From Gammaproteobacteria bacterium (lineage in GTDB: Bacteria; Pseudomonadota; Gammaproteobacteria; JAKEHO01), in contig JAKEHO010000082.1 in the NCBI GenBank assembly GCA_022614965.1, positions 12,069 to 76,068 of the forward strand: DNA of 64,000 nucleotides. The letters are read 5' to 3'. The position numbers were made by a program, and so were the translations under genes. The notes below the pieces were generated by a model. It did not search any database, was not told the DNA's origin, and saw only the letters and a list, made by a program, of their open reading frames with translations. Positions 10,059-18,542 of the stretch are shown here, one piece after another (position 1 is the stretch's first letter; every line of letters starts with the position of its first letter).

Positions 10059-10526
10059 TTACACCGATCGGAAGTAACGGTTAACAATCAAATTGTCGAT
10101 GCTCGCCTTGCCGGGCCCACTCAGCAGCAGAGGGATCAGCATTATCAGAAAGATCAAGGGCAGCTTGTAGCCATTGTCGCAGACGTTATAGCCATTGCCT
10201 GCATGGACGCTTATCCAGGCCACCACGTCGAGGATAATGAGCGCCGCCGCGCTAAACCGTGTCGCCAATCCGATGACCAAGGCGATGCTGCCGATTAGCT
10301 CGGACCACGTTGCAAGCAACCAGTTGATGTCCACCGGTATCTGGTCAAAGGGGAACGGAAATTTGTCCTGGATCTGGGCAAACCAGTTTTCCCCACGGAG
10401 CTTTGTCACACCGGAGTCCCAGAACTCCCACGCCAGCAGCAATCTCAAACCAAGCGGCGACAAATAGTTTCCAAGCAAGTTCAGAAACTGGGTAAATTTG
10501 CACCCCAGAGAAACAAATATGTTCAT
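10059..10526 (-). CDS. DoxX family membrane protein
   Basis: 155-aa, about 4-TM ORF with a DoxX-like N-terminal LRLLLAWEFWDSGVTKL segment. Confidence 0.7.
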   Translation of the reverse strand: MNIFVSLGCKFTQFLNLLGNYLSPLGLRLLLAWEFWDSGVTKLRGENWFAQIQDKFPFPFDQIPVDINWLLATWSELIGSIALVIGLATRFSAAALIILDVVAWISVHAGNGYNVCDNGYKLPLIFLIMLIPLLLSGPGKASIDNLIVNRYFRSV

Positions 10527-10659
10527 AGCAGTCCCCTCCTCTTGACTTTAATTGTTCCTGAATTACTCGCCAGTGTGGTGGCGGGCGGATGATTCGCGTG
10601 ATTAATAGACGCTAAACCCCTTAGCAGGCTGCACCAGCGGCATTGTGGGGATCGTTACG

Positions 10660-12108
10660 CTATAGCGCTTTCGAGCGCAGCACCAACAGCTTCTCTATCT
10701 GCATGTCGCGCATCGTGTACGGGATCCCTCCGACACCCAGGCCGGATTGTTTAATGCCGGCGAATGGCATCCAATCCACCCGAAAGGCCGTGTGATCGTT
10801 GACCATGATAGCGGTACCGTCAAGCCGCGAATAAGCGTGCAAGGCGGTATCGAGATCACGGGTAAATACCGCTGCCTGGAACGCGTAGGGCAGGGCATTG
10901 GCTCTGGAAATCGCCTCATCGATGTCGGCATACGGATAGACACAGACGACCGGCCCGAAGATCTCGAGCACACTTACCTTCGCATCGTCCGGCGGGTCAT
11001 ACAACACCGTTGGCGCGTAGCAAGAACTCGAGAGCTTCTCGCCACCACAGAGCACCCTGGCTCCGGACTCTTCGGCCTCTCTCACCCACTGATGCACACG
11101 GTCGACCTCGCCATGACGGATAAGCGGCCCGAGCTGCGTGTCCGGAAGCGTCGGGTCCCCCACCTTGAGTGCTTTTGCGATGCTTGCAAGGGCCTGTGCG
11201 ACCTCCATGGCAATGGATTGATGTGCAAAGACCCGCTGTACGGAAACGCATACCTGGCCTGCATGATAGAAGCCGCCCTTCGCCAGCAACGGTAGCGTCT
11301 CTTCTTGGTCGGCGTCCTCCGCCATGATCACCGGCGCGGCCCCACCATGCTCCAATGCGCATCGCGTACCCGGTGCAAGCTTCGAACGCAGCATCCAACC
11401 AACCTTGCTACTTCCAATGTAACTAAAGAAGGCGACGCGTTGATCCGTTGCTAACTTCGTCGCGACCTTGAGGTCCTCGACGATGAGCGACTGGCACCAT
11501 TCCTCCGGTAACCCCGCCTCGCGCAGGATCCCGACAAAGCGATAGCAGGATAACGGCGTATCTTCGGCGGGTTTGACGATGACGGGACAGCCCGTTGCCA
11601 CCGCCGGACCTACCTGATGCACAATGAGATTCAATGGATGATTAAATGCGCTGATGGCCACGACGACGCCAATGGGTTCCTTGCGAGTGAAGGCCATGCG
11701 GTGGGCGGACGCGGCGTTGAGATCCATGGGTATTTCTTTCCCCGCGTCAGTTCGCATTACTTGAATACAGACATTCACCCCGTCGATGGCGCGCGCCACC
11801 TCGACTCTCGAATCAATGAGGGGTTTACCCCCTTCTCGAGCCGCCTCGACCGCAAGTTCCTCGGCATGATCGGCCATTAAGGCCGCGGTTTTTTTCAGAA
11901 TGTCCAGCCGCTCCCCGGTGCTTAACCAACGATCACGATCCGAGAAGAGCTCACTCGCGCTCTGCAATGCCTTATCCGCCGCATCCCAATCTGCCGTGTC
12001 TACCGTCGCGATAAGGGATCCGTCATAGGGTGCGGAAACCTTGAGCACACCACCGGTGGTCTTTGCGCCGGGAATCATCATCGGAAAATGGGGGGGTTTG
12101 ATATCCAT
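10660..12108 (-). CDS. NAD(P)-dependent aldehyde dehydrogenase
   Basis: ALDH glutamate motif LEHGGAAP and catalytic-Cys region FYHAGQVCVSVQR. Start placed at ATG 12108 (MDIKPP...) rather than the upstream TTG of the 498-aa track ORF. Confidence 0.88.
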   Translation of the reverse strand: MDIKPPHFPMMIPGAKTTGGVLKVSAPYDGSLIATVDTADWDAADKALQSASELFSDRDRWLSTGERLDILKKTAALMADHAEELAVEAAREGGKPLIDSRVEVARAIDGVNVCIQVMRTDAGKEIPMDLNAASAHRMAFTRKEPIGVVVAISAFNHPLNLIVHQVGPAVATGCPVIVKPAEDTPLSCYRFVGILREAGLPEEWCQSLIVEDLKVATKLATDQRVAFFSYIGSSKVGWMLRSKLAPGTRCALEHGGAAPVIMAEDADQEETLPLLAKGGFYHAGQVCVSVQRVFAHQSIAMEVAQALASIAKALKVGDPTLPDTQLGPLIRHGEVDRVHQWVREAEESGARVLCGGEKLSSSCYAPTVLYDPPDDAKVSVLEIFGPVVCVYPYADIDEAISRANALPYAFQAAVFTRDLDTALHAYSRLDGTAIMVNDHTAFRVDWMPFAGIKQSGLGVGGIPYTMRDMQIEKLLVLRSKAL

Positions 12109-12130
12109 TATCTTTCTTTCACGAGCTTTT

Positions 12131-12500
12131 CTATATCGGACAAACGAGCGCCCCAAGCTGCGTGAGCCTCACCTTTTGGCGCAACTCTACCGGGCAGTCA
12201 ATAACGAGCACCGTGTCGTCTTGAACGGCTTGTGTTAAAGCTGGCAACAACTCCTTAGGCGATTCCAGGTGATTGCATCCGATAACCTTTGGCTCCGAAA
12301 CTCTCCGCGAACTTGACGAAATCCGGCTTGTTGAAGCGGACATCTGAATCATTTCGTGGTGAATCATTGGGCCCGGCGGAACGGACAAACCGCAACGTTG
12401 ATCCCCTCAGTTTATTGGTATTCCTATCCGACTGGGTGATGGGTCCGCCGCTGCGGGACGGCCCATGGTTACAAGGTCAATTGCGCGCCGCCTGAGGACA
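12131..12500 (-). pseudogene. frameshifted 3' remnant of an acetolactate-synthase-like ThDP-dependent enzyme
   Basis: Minus-strand fragments fall in three frames: DLVTMGRPAAADPSP, then FNKPDFVKFAESFGAKGYR, then LESPKELLPALTQAVQDDTVLVIDCPVELRQKVRLTQLG. The last two match the C-terminal tail pattern of AlsS/BudB-type enzymes (DF.K.AESFGAKG..V...EL...L......P.VID.PVDY). No N-terminal two-thirds is present. Confidence 0.55.
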
Positions 12501-12505
12501 GCCCC

Positions 12506-12820
12506 TCAGGCAACCCGCACACCGAGCAGGACATCTTTTGCGCGTAACTCCCGCATGGACTCGAGCCCGCTATCGATGAGCAGCTCCGGCTTTCGATGTT
12601 GGAGTTCTTGGGCTATCGTGTCAAGCAATTCCCGGCCGGGCCATCCAGTCATCTCCTGAATCAGCTCGAGCAGCCGGGCCGCCGCTAAATTGAGCTCGAT
12701 ATATGCCACCTTGTCGCGCCGATCACGGAAGAGCAGCGAATGCGTCGCCTCCTTAGGAGGCTTTCGCGGTTTGTAGTTTGGGCTAATTCGATGGACGGAA
12801 AACGATACTTGAGGAGCCAT
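12506..12820 (-). pseudogene. C-terminal fragment of a DUF2063 (HvfC/BufC-like) RiPP maturation partner
   Basis: The 104-aa ORF matches only the C-terminal half of DUF2063 proteins (..LLFRDRRDKVAYIELNLAAARLLELIQE..GRELLDTIAQEL..). It is in the same frame as the DUF692 fragment upstream, 32 codons after that fragment's TAA. Confidence 0.6.
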
Positions 12821-12916
12821 GCCAGCGGGCTCAGCACTGGGACGCCGGCCAGACAGTGCTCTGGATCCCGAATATGGCGCGTAAATGCGTACTGGATTTA
12901 GGTAAATGTCGCGCGC

Positions 12917-13321
12917 TTATCCATGCTGTTTGATCCGCTCTGCTACGTAATGCGCCGCGTCCTCGGTGAAGGGGATAGGCAATAGATCATAGAGGTGGCC
13001 ATCGTCTGCACAGTAGCTTAAGTGCTCCCTGTAGCAGCGAACAGTGTACTCCACCAGGAATTGCTTGATGCGCTGAAGGTACGCTTCATCCAGCGGCGCT
13101 GGAGCGCCGAGATTCAACGACAGGCCGTGGCATATTAAGGGCCTGCGTTCGGTGATGGCCCGGAATCGACGTCCAAGGCGGCTACCCACATCGATCCTGA
13201 TCTCGGGCGCCACCTCCATAAAACTCACCGGCGAAGGCGCCTCCTCAGCAAGCGGGCCCAATAGGGCCCGCTTGCTGACCGAGATCTGCGCCCGGCACGG
13301 GGTATCGACGCTGCTCCACAA
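12917..13321 (-). pseudogene. N-terminal fragment of a DUF692 multinuclear non-heme iron oxidase (HvfB/BufB-like)
   Basis: FMEVAPE...PLICHGLSLNLGAPAPLDEAYL...YREHLSYCADDGHLYDLLPIPFTEDAAHYVAERIKQ matches the first half of DUF692. It ends at TAA 12917-12919, and similarity continues about 20 codons past the stop (ARDIYLNPVRIYAPYS). TTG start, no SD. Confidence 0.65.
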
Positions 13322-13333
13322 TAAACCGAAAAT

Positions 13334-13690
13334 TTACTCGGAAGACAGGCTTGCGCCGCACTTCCCTTCGCCGCACTTCCCCTCGCCCTTCATCTCGCCG
13401 CCACTACGACCCTCGGACTGCTCGTCACCCTCGGCCTTCTTGCCTTCACCGCACTTCCCCTCGCCGCATTTGCCTTCGTGAGCCTTCCTCTTCTCACCGC
13501 ACTTCCCTTCGCCACACTTTCCTTCTGCACCCTTCTCACCGCCATGCTCCGCTACCATATAGCCATTGGAGAATTGCGTCATGCTAAACGGATTCTCCGC
13601 GGCATTCGCGAGCGGTGCCGCTGCCAGCGATACAGCAAACGTGGTACCGATCGCCGCGGCGATGGGCTTTAACGTTGATCTCCTCGACAT
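13334..13690 (-). CDS. EGKCG-repeat RiPP metallophore precursor (HvfA/oxazolin-type, bufferin-like), with Sec signal peptide
   Basis: AGGAGG lies 9 nt upstream of the ATG. Signal peptide ...AVSLAAAPLANA|AE. The core has six Cys, each within EGKCG and arranged as three EGKCGEGKCG doublets. Directly upstream of the DUF692 fragment. Confidence 0.8.
   Translation of the reverse strand: MSRRSTLKPIAAAIGTTFAVSLAAAPLANAAENPFSMTQFSNGYMVAEHGGEKGAEGKCGEGKCGEKRKAHEGKCGEGKCGEGKKAEGDEQSEGRSGGEMKGEGKCGEGKCGASLSSE
13358..13528 (-). repeat. six copies of a 15-nt coding unit (GGCGAAGGGAAGTGC-like, encoding GEGKC) in three tandem pairs
   Basis: Units at 13358-13372, 13373-13387, 13451-13465, 13466-13480, 13499-13513 and 13514-13528 on the plus strand (GCACTTCCC[T/C]TCGCC and variants). 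Confidence 0.9.
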
Positions 13691-13924
13691 AAGCCTATCC
13701 CTCCTAAGAGTAAGTCAAAAAAATACGCCCAGATCTCGGCGAGGTGGTTGCACGAAACACTTTCCACAACACTGCCTTTGTTGGGTCACCGTAAGTGCCT
13801 GGCTCCCGCTGAGGCACCCGCAACAACTGTGCTCGCTAGAGTCGAAACCACAAGCTCTTTCTATTGACCTGCCATCCCGATGCAAGGTTCCCTCCTAGAG
13901 CAGTCAATTCCCTACAACACGTCC

Positions 13925-15418
13925 TTAGACTGAGTCTTTCGAGCGCATCTGCGGAAACAAAAGCACGTCACGGATCGACGGTGAATCGGTCAGCACCATT
14001 ACCAGCCGATCAATGCCGATTCCTTCGCCTGCGGCAGGCGGCATACCATACTCCAACGCACAGATATAATCCTCATCAAACTCCATCGCCGATTCATCAC
14101 CCGCCTCCCTCTCCTTTAGCTGTTGTCGGAACCGGTCCGCCTGATCATCCGGATCATTCAGCTCAGAGAAACCATTCACAAGCTCCCGGCCGAAGACGAA
14201 ACACTCGAAGCGATCAGCCACAAAACCATCCCGCTCGCTGCGCCTCGCCAGTGGCGAGACCTCCGTGGGAAACGCCGTAATAAACGTTGGTTCCTTAATA
14301 TGTGCTTCCACCGTCTGCTCGAAGATCTCGAGCTGGATCTTGCCGAGGCCCCAGTGATCTTCAAGGGGTATCTCAAGCCGTTTTGCCGCTGCACGCGCGC
14401 GATCCAGGGATTCCAGATCAGATGCGGCCAGAGTAGGATTGAACTTCAGGATCGACTCTTTAACGGTCATGCGGGCAAAGCGCTCGCTGAGATCAACCTG
14501 CTCACCTTGATAGCTCAACGTTGTGCTCCCCAAGACCTCCTTCACGAGGGAGCGCAACATCTCTTCAGTCAGATCCATCAGATCATGGTAATCGGCATAG
14601 GCCTGATAGAGCTCCAACATTGTAAATTCCGGATTGTGCCGAGTTGACAAACCCTCGTTCCGGAAACTGCGATTGATCTCGAAGATCTTTTCCATACCGC
14701 CCACGACGAGACGTTTTAAATAGAGTTCCGGAGCGATTCGGAGAAACAGCTGCATATCCAACTTGTTGTGGTAGGTAATAAATGGACGGGCCGCCGCACC
14801 ACCGGGAATGGGATGCATCATCGGTGTTTCCACCTCAACGAAGTCTTGCTCTGTGAGGAATCGTCTGAGAAAGACGATGAGGGCATGACGCACGCGAAAT
14901 CTCTCGCGCGTTTCTTCGTTCATCACCAGATCAAGGTAGCGCTGGCGGTACCGCGTCTCTTGGTCCGTCAGGCCATGGAACTTCTCTGGAAAAGGCCGTA
15001 AGGCTTTTGTCAATAGACGGATCTCCCTTACCATGACGGAAAGCTCACCGGTCTTGGTCTTAAAGAGGCGGCCTTCCGCCCCGACGATGTCGCCCAGGTC
15101 CCAATGTTTGAAGTTCGCAAAGCGGCCATTTGGCAACTGATCCTGCTTCAGGTAGAGCTGGATTTGACCTGACATGTCCTGGATGTGGGCAAACGCACTC
15201 TTTCCCATGATCCGGCACGTCATCATACGACCGGCAACCTTTACGTGAACTGGCTCTGCCTCAAGCTCCGAGCTGCTTTTCCCTCCAAAGCGGCTATGCA
15301 GCGGCAGAGCCAATGCATCTCGCTTGAAATCATTGGGATAAGCCACGCCCGCTTTTCGCAAAGCAGCAAGCTTGGCTCGGCGTTGAGCTATCTGGTCCTT
15401 TGACTCGTGCTCAGTCAT
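13925..15418 (-). CDS. lysS: lysine--tRNA ligase (class II)
   Basis: 497 aa with FRNEGLSTRHNPEFTMLELY (motif 2 region) and the C-terminal GIGIDRLVM motif. Confidence 0.95.
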   Translation of the reverse strand: MTEHESKDQIAQRRAKLAALRKAGVAYPNDFKRDALALPLHSRFGGKSSSELEAEPVHVKVAGRMMTCRIMGKSAFAHIQDMSGQIQLYLKQDQLPNGRFANFKHWDLGDIVGAEGRLFKTKTGELSVMVREIRLLTKALRPFPEKFHGLTDQETRYRQRYLDLVMNEETRERFRVRHALIVFLRRFLTEQDFVEVETPMMHPIPGGAAARPFITYHNKLDMQLFLRIAPELYLKRLVVGGMEKIFEINRSFRNEGLSTRHNPEFTMLELYQAYADYHDLMDLTEEMLRSLVKEVLGSTTLSYQGEQVDLSERFARMTVKESILKFNPTLAASDLESLDRARAAAKRLEIPLEDHWGLGKIQLEIFEQTVEAHIKEPTFITAFPTEVSPLARRSERDGFVADRFECFVFGRELVNGFSELNDPDDQADRFRQQLKEREAGDESAMEFDEDYICALEYGMPPAAGEGIGIDRLVMVLTDSPSIRDVLLFPQMRSKDSV

Positions 15419-15508
15419 GACGGCAAAAAATCAGAGGTAATTCCCCTTCTGTTGGAATTTTGATTATTGTTTTGAACTACGGTGCGCCAGGCGATGCGAT
15501 CAATAAAA

Positions 15509-16616
15509 CTATACTCCCTCCTTCAAGCTAGCCTCCATGAATCGATCGAGATCTCCATCAAGCACGGCTTGAACATTCCCAGTCTCAACGCCTGTTCTTA
15601 GATCTTTGATACGGGACTGATCCAATACATAGGATCGGATCTGACTACCCCATCCGATATCCGCCTTTGATTCTTCCAATGCTTGTCTCTCCGCATTGCG
15701 TTTCTGCATCTCAATCTCATAGAGTTTTGCCTTTAGCTGTTTCATCGCGTGGGATCGATTCTTGTGCTGTGAGCGGTCACTCTGACATTGCACTACCGCA
15801 TTTGTAGGTAAATGAGTGATACGCACCGCGGAGTCGGTCCTATTTACATGTTGACCGCCCGCACCACTCGCACGGTAGGTATCAATTCGTAGATCGGCAG
15901 GATTGATCTCGATCTCGATATCCTCATCCACTTCAGGTGATACAAATACGGATGCAAATGAAGTATGGCGACGATTGCCTGAATCGAACGGCGATTTACG
16001 CACCAAGCGATGAACCCCAGTCTCAGTACGCAACCAGCCATACGCATAGTCACCGTCCACTTTGACCGTGGCGCTTTTGATCCCAGCCACTTCACCCGGT
16101 GAGACCTCCATGAGCTCCGCATCAAAATCACGCCGTTCCGCCCAGCGCAAGTACATTCGGAGCAGCATATTGGCCCAGTCCTGGGCCTCCGTGCCACCTG
16201 AACCCGCTTGAATCTCGAGGAAGGCGTTCCTCGCATCCATCTCACCGGAGAACATGCGGCGGAATTCAAGCTCGTGAAGCCACTCATCTAATTTTTCGAG
16301 GTCTTGCCGGACCGCCTCCGCCGCGTCTGCATCGTTCTCTTCCTTCGCCAGCTCAAGCAGTCCCATGGCCTCCGCAAGACCGCTTCGCAGACGGTCGACA
16401 GATTTGATCGCATCCTGCAAGGAGGCGCGTTCTTTGCCAAGCTTCTGCGCCTGTTCCGGGTTCTTCCAGATGGCAGGGTCTTCCAACGCGCGATTGACCT
16501 CAGTCAACCGCTGCCGCTTTTCATCATAGTCAAAGATACCCCCTGAGCGCCGTGAAGCGGCCCTGCATTGCCTTCAGGTGTGCAAAGATTGTATTGAGTT
16601 CGACGGTGTTTGACAT
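15509..16616 (-). CDS. prfB: peptide chain release factor 2 (requires programmed +1 frameshift)
   Basis: Frame 0 from ATG 16616 gives [28 protein letters not shown] then TGA. The +1 frame continues [19 protein letters not shown]... through SPF and GGQ ([10 protein letters not shown]) to 15509. Confidence 0.93.
16529..16544 (-). promoter_or_regulatory. prfB: prfB +1 frameshift site with internal SD-like element
   Basis: The minus strand reads AGGGGG TAT CTT TGA C, identical in form to the E. coli autoregulatory site. Confidence 0.88.
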
Positions 16617-16745
16617 GCTACAGCGCTCAGGTGGTCTACCGATTGCCAAAAAATGGTACTACAGAGCTACAACGACATACAGGGGCGCGACGGATGCGTC
16701 CATCGGTTCAGGTGAGACCACGTCATCACCTTATGATCACCTTTG

Positions 16746-18482
16746 CTAGTTGCCGACCGGGTGCATATGGTCGATAACCAGTTGCGGCGACTCTCGTCCC
16801 TGGTAGACATTGACATCCAGCCGATAGGCAATGTGCACACGGCGGGCCTCCTCAGGGCAAGTCTTATCGGATATGTTAAAGGCAATGGCATCCATCGGTC
16901 CGGGTGCACCGTCCGCAGAGAGGCGCAGCTTCAAGTGCCTCCCCCCGACCATGCGACGATCCACGATCTCAAACTCGCCGTCAAATACAGGCTCAGGAAA
17001 CCCCTGGCCCCAGGGACCCGCGTTCCGTATTCTTTCGACGAGCTCAAGATTAATCATGTTGGGTTCGAGCTCTCCGTCACTGTAGATCACGCCTTGCAGC
17101 GCTTCGGCATTCAGATGTTGGCGTACCTCCTCATCGAATGCTGTTTTGAAATCATCAAAAAAATTGCGCTTGAGGCTCAAACCTGCGGCCATGGCATGGC
17201 CCCCGAAGCGGAGAATTAATCCTGGATGACGGGTTGCAACCGCGTCAAGCACATCGCGTATGTGGAGCTCGCGTACGGAGCGCGCAGATCCCTTGAGTTC
17301 ATCTGCACCGTCCAGCGCAAATGCAATGACCGGACGATTCAGTCGATCCTTGATCCGGGATGCAAGAATCCCGATCACGCCCTGGTGCCAACTTTCATCA
17401 AACAGACACATCCCGAAGGGCAACCCGTCTGGCTCATCAAGATCTAATTTCGCCAGGCTCGCGAGTGCCTGATCGTGCATCTGCCCTTCAATTTCACGCC
17501 GTTCCTGATTAAGCGCATCAAGCTGCTGTGCCATTCGCATCGCCGAGGTTTCGTCGTCAGCCAAGAGGCATTCGATCCCCAGCGACATATCGGTGAGCCT
17601 GCCGGCCGCGTTGAGGCGCGGGCCGAGCGCGAACGCCAGATCATTCGCCACTACCCGCGCCCGATCCCGTTTTGACGCCGTCACCAGCGCGCGGATCCCC
17701 GGCTGGCACCGGCCTTTACGGATCCGTTGAACGCCTTGGAATACAAGAATGCGATTGTTGTGATCAAGTGGCACGACATCTGCCACGGTCCCAAGTGCCA
17801 CAAGGTCCAGCAGTTGCGCAAGATTGGGCTCGGCTGTAGCTCGCTTATCGAACCACCCCGTTTGCCGCAGGCGCGCGCGTAACGCCAGTAACATATAAAA
17901 CATCACCCCCACGCCAGCGAGATTCTTACTGGGAAATGCATCACCTGACTGGTTTGGATTAACGATCGCATCCGCTTCAGGCAGCCGCTCGCCGGGCAGG
18001 TGATGATCAGTGATCAATACCTGGATCCCGCGATCTTTGGCCGCGCGGACGCCGTCTATGCTTGAGATCCCGTTGTCCACGGTGATCAGCAGAGAGGGCC
18101 CCTGCTCTGCGGCGACCGCCACGATTTCAGGCGTCAGGCCATATCCGTACTCAAATCGGTTGGGTACCACATAACGGACATCTTGCGCCCCAAGCAATCG
18201 AAGTCCACGTATCGCCACCGCACAACTCGTCGCACCGTCCGCGTCGAAGTCTGCAACAATCAGGATCCGCTGCTGCATCTTAAGAGCACGCGCGAGAAGG
18301 GAGGCGGCGCGATCGATCCCGAACAGCGCTTCATAGGGCGCAAGCCGCAGAAGCGCATAGTCGAGTTCCTCGGCGCTCGCCACGTTGCGCATAGCGTAGA
18401 TGCGCCGTAGCACCGAATGGAGTGAGTCTGGTAACTGTGAATTCGAGGCTGGGCTACGCCGGACGATGGTCTTGTGTATCAA
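16746..18482 (-). CDS. recJ: single-stranded-DNA-specific exonuclease RecJ
   Basis: DHH motif (VLITDHHLP) and DHHA1 motif (FGGHAMAAGLS); 578 aa. Confidence 0.93.
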   Translation of the reverse strand: MIHKTIVRRSPASNSQLPDSLHSVLRRIYAMRNVASAEELDYALLRLAPYEALFGIDRAASLLARALKMQQRILIVADFDADGATSCAVAIRGLRLLGAQDVRYVVPNRFEYGYGLTPEIVAVAAEQGPSLLITVDNGISSIDGVRAAKDRGIQVLITDHHLPGERLPEADAIVNPNQSGDAFPSKNLAGVGVMFYMLLALRARLRQTGWFDKRATAEPNLAQLLDLVALGTVADVVPLDHNNRILVFQGVQRIRKGRCQPGIRALVTASKRDRARVVANDLAFALGPRLNAAGRLTDMSLGIECLLADDETSAMRMAQQLDALNQERREIEGQMHDQALASLAKLDLDEPDGLPFGMCLFDESWHQGVIGILASRIKDRLNRPVIAFALDGADELKGSARSVRELHIRDVLDAVATRHPGLILRFGGHAMAAGLSLKRNFFDDFKTAFDEEVRQHLNAEALQGVIYSDGELEPNMINLELVERIRNAGPWGQGFPEPVFDGEFEIVDRRMVGGRHLKLRLSADGAPGPMDAIAFNISDKTCPEEARRVHIAYRLDVNVYQGRESPQLVIDHMHPVGN

Positions 18483-18542
18483 CGGCCCCCCTTGTCCCCG
18501 CGGATCGGCACCTTACGATGGCAGACCACCCCTATGCACATG

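Noticed and set aside
13358-13528. Short direct repeats that could be mistaken for a CRISPR-like or tandem-repeat array
   Set aside because: The units are 15 nt, lie in frame inside a CDS and encode the EGKCG motif. There is no repeat-spacer architecture and there are no cas genes.
13351-13587. Plus-strand ORFs with PHFPSP-type repeats opposite the precursor gene
   Set aside because: They are reverse-complement artefacts of the EGKCG coding repeats. The minus-strand ORF has the SD, the signal peptide and the family signature.
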